Notes: generated from the sequence alone by a model not told the origin. Shown: positions 28,401 to 40,262, counted from the first letter of the stretch. The stretch: 64,000 bases of DNA from Paragordius varius (GCA_964247055.1 OZ176053.1:6572001-6636000), one strand, 5' to 3'. Program-made: numbers and translations.

Positions 28401-31400
28401 ATGTAAGCGAGAAAAAATTCAGCTATTTTTGACAGATAATTAGAGGAAATTCTTAGGAAAAGGATATAATACTAGGAAAAGTAAAGGGTAAGCGAGGAAA
28501 AGGCCGCACACCTATTCGTTTGATGGACTAAATATTACATTTTCTAAAACGTCCGCACAAAAAATATCCCTAAAGACCCAACCGAATGGGTCGTTAATCG
28601 ACCCACTTAGGTGCAAAAGCAAATAACTATAAAATTAATTATACAATTCAGCGAGGCAAAATACCCCGCGTTGACTGAAACTTATAAGTTGTCCCAATAA
28701 AAATTGATTATGCAGAAACTACCGGAATATAATTTATTATAAATTAATATTTAACATGATGGTATAGCAGATTAAGCGACGGACTACACTGAGTTTAGAC
28801 CTTAAAACTACGCAATTTTTCCATCATCACTGTGTCAACCCTGAGCTGGCAGGCGAGTGTTAAAAGCTTTGACAAGTAGCTAAAGAAGAACTATTTGTAT
28901 ATTTTAATTTTTAAAACGCCCACTAAAACTCTATTTTTTAAAGGAAACCACTATTCTTTTGCTAAAAAATGAAGTTAAACCTGATTGCCTAATGATATGG
29001 TATCATAATCCATATTTTTTCTGTTTTTTGGGCCCCCATTACTGTAATAAGTTGTGAACCCATCACTGGACTGTGGGAAACGATACATATTATTTAACCG
29101 TCTGTTCACCTCATGAGCAAATTTATCATTGACATTAGCACTAATTGGTTGACATGTGTTGTTTGACAATGAATTTGATGGCATGGCCAAACCCAAATAA
29201 TTGCGGACTAGGTTTGTCCCATTACTAACTAAACTCCAAGATGATGCACTTCTGCAAGAAAAAAAAGTATGTTAATACAATAATAAATAATTTTGGCATA
29301 AAATAAAAGTTTCAATCTGGAATTATATTAATAAAAATATTTTATTTTGTCGTTTTTCGAACGATTTAAAAAAAACTTTTTTTAATTTATTTAAACTTTG
29401 TAAGATATATCCTATTAACACTTAAATTCACCTTCGAACAATTAAAATTCACCCTCGAACAATTCAAATTTACCCTAAAATATATTGAATATTAAAAATT
29501 ACATATATTTTTTTATATTTTAAAAAAATAAAATTTCGTTTAAAATTAACATAATACTGAAAAAATAATAAAATATGCTATAAAAAATGATTCATATTGA
29601 TAAAGAGTTATATTAGCCCAAAAACACAATTTATTTTTAGGGTGAATTTGAATTGTTCAAGGGTGAATAGGAGGTGTAAAGTATATAGTTACCGTTTATC
29701 GTCATCAGAGTTTCCATTTTGAAAAGATGTTTCATGACCCAACGCTGAAGAATTGAACGAATCATTTTCTACATATAAATCAAAATTGTACCGAAAAAAA
29801 GTTAAAAGGTGAGGTAAAAACGATGTGTTGTATTACCGCTTTTAGAACAATAATTTTTTAACGATTTTTAGATAAAATTGAACTTAATTAAATATCAATC
29901 AATTATATTGAGGACTGCTCAACAAAATAATAATTGAACATAAATATTTCAAAAAACTGCCAAAATTTGATTTAGTGGCCTAATTGAATATAATTTCAGT
30001 GATAAATTTTAATAAAACTAACTTGTCATTGTAGTATTCAATTGATTGCTATTGCCATGCATGTAAAAACTTGTGTTTGGACTGCAAATGGTTTCAATGT
30101 TATTCTGTGAGGGTGAAGTATACCCACAAACTCCATTGTCTTGATTGGATTGATATTCATGCAACATTTCTTGTAATTTATCTGCTCGTTTTTTCTCTTG
30201 AACATATTGTCGTTTGAGATCTTTCAGCTATGAAAATAATAATAAAATAAAACTCTGTTTTGATTGCAAAGCAAAAAGTTATTATGCGTATTAAAAAATT
30301 ATGAGCTTTAATTATTTTTTGCTTTTAAATATTGTTGATAAAGACTATTAAACTGTGGTATAAAATGGGATGTGAAGAAAAAAACATCCAAAAAGATAAC
30401 TAATATAATTATTATATATGAGTCTATCCCAAAAGTTCAAGTTTTTTTTACATGATAGCGAGGGACTTTATTAAAAAAACAATTTTAAATACTAATATGT
30501 AATATATCACGTTGTTATATATAAACATCTACTTGAAATATAAATGGCTATGTATTAAACAGTTTAATTATCGAAATATATAATAAAATTGGACAAAAAA
30601 TATTTTTCGTGAAAACCTGAGAATTAAGTTTCCGTTCACATATTCGGAATTCTTCTTTTGCATCATCTATAGCCTTGGAATGATGCTCACTGCCTTGTAT
30701 AAACTTTTCAAATTCTTTATCATTTTCCAATAACTTTTGCTCTAATTTCTATTAAACATCATCAATTAAATTAATAAATATAAAATTATAATCCATCGCA
30801 AATATGATGCGTATGAAAAATTTCTATTAAACATCATCAATTAAATTGATAAATATGAATACGAATCCATCACAATATGATAATCGGTGATTTTGGCATA
30901 CGTAAAATATTATGAAATGGTTTAAGATCTTTTAACAAATGAAACAACTATATAATTTTATTTTAAATTAATTGTTATTCGCAAATCACAGTATTAAAGT
31001 TTTGATTAAATTATGATTTTGTAGATGCTAGGATTTTTTAATCATTACTTATAATAAAGATGCGCTTCAATTTATACTTGAGGCGATTCAAAATGTCTTA
31101 TTTGAGTATAAATACCACGATTTAAAATTAGGATCTAATTGAATTTCATAGGGTAGTAAAAGTAATATTAGCGCCCAAGTTAATATTAGCCTTTTAAAAA
31201 AGAAAACTTCGCAAAACCTTAGTTACCTTATCTAAAAAATAGTGAACCAAATATACTTTCTTTTCGTACAAACTCAAACGTATATAAATGTTTAACCTCA
31301 ATATGCGCTTGTTTATCTCCTATTTTGCCTTCAAGGTCATGAATCAAATCCTTTAAACCATTTATAATGGAATGTTTTTCCATCATTGTTGTGTGTAAGG

Positions 31401-32620
31401 TTTCATTTTCGCATTTTGTTGATTGTAATTGGTCCTAATACAAAACACTGTAACATTATATAAAAAAAATTTCAATTTTAATAAATAAAACCACATACAA
31501 ATATAATTTGATATTCTTCATTATGTTTTTGTGTAATTTGTGATATTTTGTCGGTTAAATCATCCTTACTATTTTCAAGGTCTATACATTTTGTCTCAAG
31601 TGTTTTGATTAAATCTGATTTCAGCTAATAAAATATAGGTGAAATATATTTTAATAAATAAAAAATTGACTCAGAAATTATCTATTATATTTTTCGGTTA
31701 AATAAAAATGCATCTTTTATGTCTGCATTGACACAACCAGAGATAGTTTTAAAAAAGTTAAAGCTAATTTGTGGATTTGAAGGGTTAAATACATAAAATA
31801 ATTATATTTAAATAATTTTAAAACGATTTTCACAAATAAGCAATTAAATACTTTCAACAGATTGTTTAATTTTGCAATTTTAGGGGAACTTTGCACAATA
31901 TATTGATGAAGAATAATTAATCGAGCTTGAAGAGACTTTAATTTGGAATGTGGTGTATCATTAATTTGGCAAACATACTTATCAATATGATCATTTATTA
32001 ATTGACTTATAAGGGTTTTGGCCGTATTTAAGGTATTGTATGTATGAGCGTAATCGCAATTTAATGCGCTAAAAATACATAAAATAACGATTATAATATT
32101 TTCAAAATTTGCTATATAAAAGGTTTAATATTACCTGGAAAGAAGTTGATCAGTTTCAGCAGCAATCTACAAATATTAATTTATTATACCTTTTGATCTG
32201 CCAAAGCCTTAACCAATTCATCGTTTTGTTTTAAAACCTAAATATAAAATGGATAAGTACAGATCTTAATTCATCTAAAAGCGTTCCATTTTGTAACTTA
32301 AACTCCTCTTCTTGGCGACACAATCGATTATGCAAGTTATCATTTTCGTTTTGAAGTTCTTTAATATTCTATCCATAAATTGTCATACTACCTGACGTTC
32401 CAACTTTTTATTTAGGATTTCATTTTCAGAAGAGCTTTTGAGATATTGTGCGTCTAATATTTTAATTCCTAGACATATAAGTCAACATTATACTGTTTTC
32501 AAATTTTTTGCACTGCTCAATCAACTTATAATTATCTTCTTTCATTAAAAGCATTTGAGTCTAAAAATTTAATTTTACTGCAAATACCTGCAAATTCTGA
32601 AAATCCTCTTCCGAATACAT
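25438..32620 (-). CDS. GRIPAP1: GRIP1-associated protein 1 (GRASP-1) orthologue, coiled-coil endosomal protein, ~16 exons
   Basis: N-terminal exons give MYSEEDFQNLQTQMLLMKEDNYKL and ENDNLHNRLCRQEEEFKLQNGTLLDEL (cf. [45 protein letters not shown]). Later exons give LKDLKRQYVQEKKRADKLQE (~30229), LCMLRERVRYLEDSASGLAHDLMAK (26877-26538) and MNKRLKSMLEETLTKNIML (26182-25974). The last exon is 25599-25438. Some middle exon boundaries are less certain. Confidence 0.9.
27457..28340 (-). mobile_element. Degenerate RTE-clade LINE fragment (RT core to 3' end) in a GRIPAP1 intron
   Basis: Broken motifs occur in order: TPHGQTTWSPMNTGLR*YYILFPMLFN (GVRQG..LSP.LFN), GIKVRG..HYADY (YADD), KIRLVNAL..MLYGCES and KFSYFGHLIGGTSLENDIVMGK. 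It ends in a (CCAA)n-like tail. Confidence 0.85.
28400..28610 (+). mobile_element. Second RTE LINE 3' fragment, back-to-back with the previous one
   Basis: Translates as KFSYF*QIIRGNS*EKDIILGKVKGKRGKGRTPIRLMD, the RTE C-terminal GKVEG.R.RGRP..RW.D motif. Confidence 0.75.
28760..28880 (+). mobile_element. Probable tRNA-derived SINE, copy 1
   Basis: Homologous to the reverse strand of 49069-49178 (ggact..acactgagt, ttt.ccatcat.actgtcaac.ctgagc, aaagcttt.acaagt). The head ggtatagcagattaagcgacggact resembles a tRNA A-box/D-arm. Confidence 0.45.
29420..29670. mobile_element. Inverted copy of the 1490-1806 MITE
   Basis: The interior is the reverse complement of ~1630-1735, with the same aacaattcaaattcaccctc subterminal repeats. 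Confidence 0.7.
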
Positions 32621-32708
32621 TTAAATATTTATTTATAAACTAGAGCATAAATTATTTTTGATTGGTGTTCCTCGGTGATAAAAATAGTTTTAAGGAGTAT
32701 ACCTGCTG
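32621..32708. promoter_or_regulatory. 88-bp region between the divergent GRIPAP1 and FBXL5 start codons (putative bidirectional promoter plus both 5' UTRs)
   Basis: ATG at 32620 (-) and ATG at 32709 (+), both anchored by N-terminal protein similarity. It contains a GATTGG (inverted CCAAT-like) motif. Confidence 0.65.
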
Positions 32709-35700
32709 ATGGTTGTATTATATTCAGATGAGATCGATGTTTATTCTATTCCTCATCAACGGATGAAAAATGTTATTTGGGATTTTTTGGGAAGGGTATG
32801 TAGAAATTTATTTATTTTTATTTAAATTAAAATTTTAAACCACATATTTATTTCCATAGATAAACGATATCGAGTACGCAAAGCCGAATGAAATATTTGT
32901 TCTTTTGAAATCGCTAACCAAAGCTTTTCTTGAGTTTGAAATTCATGAAAAAATTGAAAACGAATGCATATTGAAAGAATTGCAAAGGAAATTAGCAAAA
33001 TTATCAATCAGAAATACGAAAGTTTGCGATTGTCATAAGGATAGCAAATTACGTGAGATGCGGAAAATATTTGAAGCCGGTTATCATGTAAGCTTATCTC
33101 TGGATTTTTATTTACAAAAATTTTTAGGTTTAATTTAAAACAATGTATTTAATAAACTTATGCTGTGATTTTACCAATCCCAAAATATAATATTTTGAAA
33201 ATTTATTTCCACATATAATTATTCGCGATGCAATAAAAAATACAAGTTATAAAATTATTCGCTAAAGTAGGCATAAAACAAAGTATTTGACCTGGATCAT
33301 AGCTTTTTTAAGGAATCGTCTTAAAAAATGGATATATTATATTTTAATATTGAAATGGTACCTTTTTTAATATCGGCTACAAAACATTTTTATTTTCGGA
33401 TCCTGTTTCGGGCAAATAGTTTTGATTCTTATTTTTTAATAAAATTGGTTCTGGATTCGGGTTCACTTAAATGAAATGTTTATAATTAAAATGCCGAAAA
33501 TGCATAAAATATATCTCCCTTAAAAGATTATATGCTACTTTTACTATCTACAATATAAAGATTTAAGTAAAATAAAATTAATTTTTTAACTTTCAGGGAA
33601 ATGTTTTTGTATTATATATAATACTAATAATTTTTATCTCTCATTAATTTTAAAATGAAATCGGAACCATCTTACCAAAACATATTGAACCTTTTTTGTC
33701 AAAATTTGGAACTTATAGATGTGAAATCGGAACCAATTAATTTGATAAAAAAAGGCCTTTTTAAACAATGAATCCAATAAAGTTTTTTTTGGGTTTAGAC
33801 CCAATTTCTTAATATTAACTCACTTTATTTCTTTTTTCTAATAGTTAACGTCCAACAAACAATTCAGCGAATACAAAAATAAATTGAAAGATGCTCTAAG
33901 TGAATTTACTCATAACTTTATCCCACACATGGAGGAGGAAGAACAGGTAATTTGAATCTTACATAAAGAAATTATTTTGGATTTTGGATTTAATGATTAG
34001 TTTTTAATTTTCTATGATATGTTTATAATTTTGGCAATATTAATTATTTCTCATAGTATTTTCAACCCTTGTTAATGACCTACTTCACGTACGAAGAGTT
34101 GAAACAACTCAAAAAGATTGTTATGGTGCGACATTCTGTTGAAGCGTTTAATTTATTTGCTGGACTTGATGATACAACAAATATTTCAGGTTTTATTCCA
34201 TTTTTTATAAGAATTTGTATTTGATATATTTACAAAGTTTTTTACTCATAATTATACATTTATAAATATTTTTTCTGTTTAATTGTTATTTTACCAAAAA
34301 GAAATTCCAAAAGTTTTTTTACTAAATATTTTTTTTTTAGATTTACCATATTCCGCACATGCCATAAATACTGGAAATGATTTAGATTCATTACCCTACG
34401 AATTACAAATTAATATTCTTCAACGATTAGGCCCTAGAGATTTGGGTTCCCTTTCAAAGGTATTCAATTTATTTATATTTTTTCAAAAATATCCGCTTGA
34501 TACTAAAAGATTTGAAATACAAAACGTTAGACAAATATTTTTAAATTTTTGATAGATGTTAATAAAAACAACCTAAATTGTTAGGAATAGAGATGTTGTT
34601 AATTGATAACACAATCTTAATTATTTATATATGAGACAATTGTAACACTTAGGTTATATATAAAAAGTTAAGGTATAAAAAAGACACTGGCTGTCTTTAT
34701 AATTATGCTTTTTACTGTAGTATATATATATATCTATACTTGTGAAACTTGTTTTAAAAAAAGTTTATGATGTATGTAATCAAAATAAATCAGAGTAAAA
34801 TACTATCATGTGACATTGTAATGTATTGACTTTCAATAAAATTTTATTGATTTTTTTAGATATTATATATCCATTTTTGGCCTTAAAACGCTTTTTTAAT
34901 ATTTTATTACACGCATATAAGCAAACTTTTTCCGACATTAAATTAAAAGTTTTGGCAGCTAAGCAAAAAACTTATTAATACCTCCTATTCATATAAATAT
35001 AGGTTTCTCATAAATGGCGGAAAATGAGTCGATTACCTCAATTATGGACATGTATAACACCGATACGTTGGTTGAAAGGTATTTTATTCTATTTATATGT
35101 GATAAGATAAATATTTATTTCGATAAATAAATATTTAATTTAAAGAATTTTAAAACATATATAAATATATGAGTGAAATTATTTTTATAGATTGATATAT
35201 ATATTTTATTAGGTGATTGGACATTTATGGATTATACAAATTCATTGGCGACAGATGATTTCGATGAGAATACTGACAGTACACCCCTTGATCTAAATTC
35301 TCAGGTTTTAAAAAATTCGTGGTGAATATGCGATTTTTAGTCATTAGTTTTAAACTATATATTATGAAAATATCCTCAGTGTCTGACACATTGTTTTGTA
35401 GTAAAATGCTTGGATTTCTCATCATTATTATATATGAATGATTTATTTTTATAAATTTTTCATAGACAACCGTAACGAAAGAAAGCAAAACCCTTATTGG
35501 AATTGTGAAATATTTGTTACCCGAAGTCGGGTTGTACGTCAAATATTTGGATCTGTCATACTCCCGAAAACTGAACAATCACTTTGTAAATATATTTTTT
35601 CATATGATATACAAATATTTATACTAACTTACAGTAAGAAATATTTTTTTAAATAATATTTAAGTTTTGGTATTTAGATTCGTCTGTATATTTCATTTTT

Positions 35701-37485
35701 TATGACATTTTAAATGATCATTTATTACTTAACGATTGGTGTTTTTATTATTATATAGTTAAAGAAAATACTATCCTTATGCCCAAATTTGGAGCATCTT
35801 GATTTATCATACACCCATATTGGGGATGTGGCTTTTGCCGAGTAATTATTTATTTTCGATAAAACTTAACATAATAAAAAAAGATTAATTTTTTAGAATA
35901 AACCATATTTATAATTATTAGTTTCTATCGTTCAATATATATACTATAGTGAAAAGATTGAGCGTTTTACTAATTTAAATCGCTATTTTCTATTCACAAA
36001 ACAATCGGTTATATTTGAAAAATATTGTTCGATTACGTTTTATGTTTAAACTTTTGAAAATATTTTTTATCAATTTATCCTAAATTTTATATAAATTTGG
36101 CCATTTTTAGATTTTATTCGGAAAAATCATCATGTCCGCATCTAAAGTGTCTTAATTTAACTGGTTGTTCAAACTTAACTGATATGACTCTTTTATACCT
36201 TGCGAGGGGAATTACAGATATAAACCGGTGCACTGAATTACAAAGTATGAATTTTATTATCCAATTATTAAATAATGAAAATATATGGGGTTAACAAAGA
36301 TTCAATTAGATTCTTAACATAATGGTGTCTACCATATATTTTAACACTTTTTGCCATTCATTACCAATATCCGGAAAGAATTATTTCGGGATTTTGTTTA
36401 AGAAATTTCAATTTTTCATTTGAAATTTGTCGCGCTGCAAAAATATTTTGGAGGGCCGCTTGTTGGACACTTCTCATGCGAACGAATTAGGCCAAATTCA
36501 AATAAATTTATAAATAGTAATAAGTTAGCTTTTTTCTCCAATAACTCTAAATTACACATCTTTGGTTAGGATATTTTGGTTAAAATTAACAAAATCAAAA
36601 GCTTTGTTTTATTTAAAAATTAGTACCTTTATATTTTTCTTGAATATCATATATATAATAGATTCCAACAATGATACCAATACTTCATTGAATCAACCCT
36701 ATCAAGTTAGAGAATGTTCCTTAGAATGGCTCAGTTTGTCAGGATGTTGCAATATAACTGATAGAGGCTTAAGGTAGCTAATGTTTTTAATAGTTTTATA
36801 TCGTCTACATTTTTGCAAAAATGTCATTTTTTTATGTCGTTTCAGATTTCTGGCCCGCGATCACATGTTTTATCCACAATCATATGCTATAATATCAGAC
36901 CCATCATCATATATTCGAATGTCAAAAGATTTTTCAAATTTAAACATTAATAATTTTCCACACCCTAAAAATATAATTGGAGACGCAAACAATGATATGA
37001 AAATTCAACCCTTTTTACCCCCTATTTACCCAATCATTATCACTTTGCCTAAGTTACGATATCTTGATTTATCTGGTATTCCTTTGTTAACTTACGGTGG
37101 TTTAGCTTATTTCTTAACATTTTGTGGGCCAGAGCTTAGACCTGAATCCCTATACTATTGCGATAATGTTGTATCATTACAAAATGCTGCAAATAATTTT
37201 AATAATAATAATGATGATGATGGTAACATGACCTTTGTCCATAATTTTTTGGAATGTTTTCATAAAACTCTTTCTACCACCACCAACAATGAGTGCAAAA
37301 CTAAGGTCAAAAGTTCACAAACAAAATTTTCAATTGTTTCAAACGCTGGCGATTCTAAAGTCAGTGATACAACAATATATCGCTACGAAACAATCATAAA
37401 TAAGGTGGAAGAAATATTGGCGATGGCTAATGGCTGTCAAAATCTTGAATGTGAATCCAGATTTTGTTGTAGGATTTTAACTTGA
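32709..37485 (+). CDS. FBXL5: F-box/LRR protein 5: iron/oxygen-sensing SCF substrate receptor with hemerythrin domain, F-box, LRRs and C-terminal Cys cluster
   Basis: Twelve exons: 32709-32795, 32860-33087, 33845-33946, 34057-34189, 34341-34459, 35003-35078, 35213-35304, 35466-35585, 35759-35841, 36111-36244, 36662-36773, 36846-37485. Motifs include DVYSIPHQRMK, FEIHEKIENE, CHKDSKL, FIPHMEEEEQYFQPLLM, F-box LPYELQINIL, LCPNLEHLDLS, LSLSGCCNITDRGLR, YYCDN and GCQNLECESRFCC. The di-iron His/Glu ligands appear conserved. Confidence 0.96.
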
Positions 37486-37816
37486 TAGATTTTTCTGTAT
37501 TAATCATTTTAACAACTATCTGTAGCAAATAATATTCTCTACAATAGCTTACAATGATTGCATAAAAAATGATTTAACATATATCATAAGAGACATTTAA
37601 CAAATATTTATTTACAATAATAATATTTTTCGAGCAAATAATGATTTGTTCACTTATTATTATTTATCTGTCTATATTAAGTAATATAACAATATAAATG
37701 AAAATTATATAAGAGTAAAGAAATAAATCTACTACTATCACATAAACATCCATAAAATTGGGTGCATAAATTTTATTATGAATATGATTGATTATAATAT
37801 AAAGATTATTTTAAAT

Positions 37817-39031
37817 TTAATGAACGTTTCCACGCTCTATTGGAATTGGATGTATGCCGTGTTTTTGGTTGATTTTTCTAGGGCATTCTAAGCACAAAAT
37901 TCCTAAATAAAGGGTTAATTAGCATATTAATTCGTTAAATCTATAAGCGAAATACTTTAAACTATTTTTTTTGATAAATTAATTATAACAATGCTAAGAA
38001 AGTACAGATCCGGTTGGTCTAAATTTAAACATTTTTGAAAATAATAATGGGGTTATATTTGGTATGGCGTTAAATGGATATGATTTTAAGAAAAGACGCT
38101 ATAAAAAGTTTTATTAAATGGTTAAGTCTACAAAATATAATATATATATTACAACACTTAAGGTTATTAGGTTTTTAACTAGCATAAAAAATATTTTCTA
38201 TTTCTTTCCCACACCTTGGGTGTGAATTGGTTTATTAATGATTTATTTGGCCGAAATTTTATTGATTTATATTAATATATGTAAAATCCTATGTATAGGT
38301 TAACTGTTATAAAGGGATTAAAATCAAAAACATTTCTTATTTTAAATAACCCAATAACAGATCCATGGTTCTTTAAACGTGGATAAAGTATTCTGCTGCC
38401 TAAAATCTAATTTTAAACTTGGCCAAATTATATTATGTATTTTGTAATTAAATTTATGAAATCTTAAATACTATGAATGTATTATAATGAGTAACCTTTG
38501 TTGTCCATGTGAGACTTGAAATGCTCAGTGTCGCAATCATCCGGTACAATAAGTGTTCGAGTGATTTGACGCTCTGAAAATCCGTGTTCGTCTTGTTTCT
38601 TCTCATGTTTAGCTTGAACAACTAATCTAATAATGAAACAATTTTTAAAATTTTTATTGACGAACTTAATTATGTTATACAACACCCATTTATTGAAATC
38701 CCGTAAAATGGGTTTAGGCTAAAAATATTTTTTATTATTATTAATAATTATCAAATTATAATATATTGTGATTAAAATATTTTACAAAATATATATGAGA
38801 TAATAATGTAAGCAATAACTTGTTATGATCCAATTTGATTTTAATTTCTTCGGGTTTAAACTGATGCAAATCCATTTTAACCAAGAATCGATTTTCATCA
38901 ACCTTTATCATTTCATCTTTGGACATACGGTTTGCCATAACATCTAAAGAATGCATATCTTGCTCCAAACGCCTCTCATCATTCCGCAACATTGGATCAA
39001 TGCTAAATATGGCAGTTGGAAACAGGGACAT
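37817..39031 (-). CDS. Small heat-shock protein (HSP20/alpha-crystallin domain), 3 exons, ~143 aa
   Basis: Exons 39031-38820, 38626-38496 and 37902-37817 give ..RFLVKMDLHQFKPEEIKIKLDHNKLVVQAKHEKKQDEHGFSERQITRTLIVPDDCD..GILCLECPRK..HPIPIE. This is an alpha-crystallin domain with the C-terminal IxI motif. Confidence 0.93.
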
Positions 39032-39767
39032 TGATGTGATATACGATTATCAGATAAAAAAATCGAAATCAAAAAACTTTTGGGGCGTTACTACTAATTT
39101 TTTGGGAAAATTTAAAAAATGGCACCGTGTATAGAAAAATATTGATTTATTGGTTAATAATATTGGATTATTATATTGCCTTCGTGTGGTTAAAATATTA
39201 CTTAATCATGATGATTAACCATTTTATAAAAAAGTATCAATCAATATACTTGAACTAATTGGTGAATTGTAAACAAATTAAGTAAACTATCTATGCAAGA
39301 TAACTTATTTTTTATTGGTCATATAAAGTACTGTCTTTTAAATACCCTACTTAATGCGGTTAAGGAAACTGATTGGCTTACGCTTTAATAATTTACCCTG
39401 GAGATTTACGATGGTTTGCTATTATTCACATATTAGTTAATGTTTTGAAATATTGTGGTTGTTGCAAACTACCGCATTAAGTCGTATAAACATAAATAGC
39501 GTTAAAAAATTAAGAGAGTTATTAAATAAAATACCCCGACTTTTTTATGGAAGTCATTTTTATTTTTTCTGAAAAATTGTAATTATTCACCCATATCTAT
39601 AAGTATTTTTTAAAAACAAAAAATTTATTCAAAAAACTGTGCAACAATAAAAAATTATGGACAAAATTTTGATTTCAATATTTTTTTAATGAGTCAAAAT
39701 CAAATAATTGAAATTCTGCAAATAGTGTATTAATTTAATTTTTTATGTTGTAACCAAAATACATTCA

Positions 39768-40262
39768 TATACCACTTCGAGAGTATCCTTGAACACTTCA
39801 AATTGGTCATTCACCTTATTTGCTTTCAGCTTTTATCAATCAAACCGTGTGTCATTAATATATTTTATTATTTTTAACCTATTCTCTTGATTTATCCAAA
39901 CTTTTAAATTCGATCATTCAGCTGTATATCTTTTAAAAGTTTTTAAAAAATATATTAATTTTATGATGATTTTAACATATAATTAAAAAAAATAAGTTTT
40001 CTAGGTTATTACAATTTTTTGTTGAAAACAATTATAAATTGAATAATATTGAAGAAAAAATTAGTCCGAAACAAAAAATTGGTATTTAATCAAAAATAGT
40101 AATTTTAAATGAATAAATATATGATGCAAGAAAATTAAGTCAAAAATTAATAAAATAAATAAATATAATGCAAAATTTATGGTTCCAAACTCAAAAAAAG
40201 GACCAACTTGAAATGTTGAAGGACAAACTTAAAGTCTTCAAGGACACTCTTGAATTGCAAAT
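39768..40262. mobile_element. MITE of the TATACCATTT / ggaccaacttgaa family, copy A
   Basis: The left arm has tccttgaacacttcaaattgg and the right arm has repeated ggaccaacttgaa units. The interior matches the reverse complement of copy B. Confidence 0.7.

Noticed and set aside
28790-28890. Open minus-strand segment as a candidate GRIPAP1 exon
   Set aside because: The sequence is a dispersed repeat (copy at 49069-49178), and the flanking exons already join in phase 0.
38270-38400. In-phase alternative last exon for the sHSP (GSRILYPRLKNH...)
   Set aside because: It has no alpha-crystallin similarity. The exon at 37902-37817 supplies the expected final strand and IxI motif.
39032-39300. Heat-shock elements upstream of the sHSP
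   Set aside because: No convincing array of alternating nGAAn units was seen by eye.
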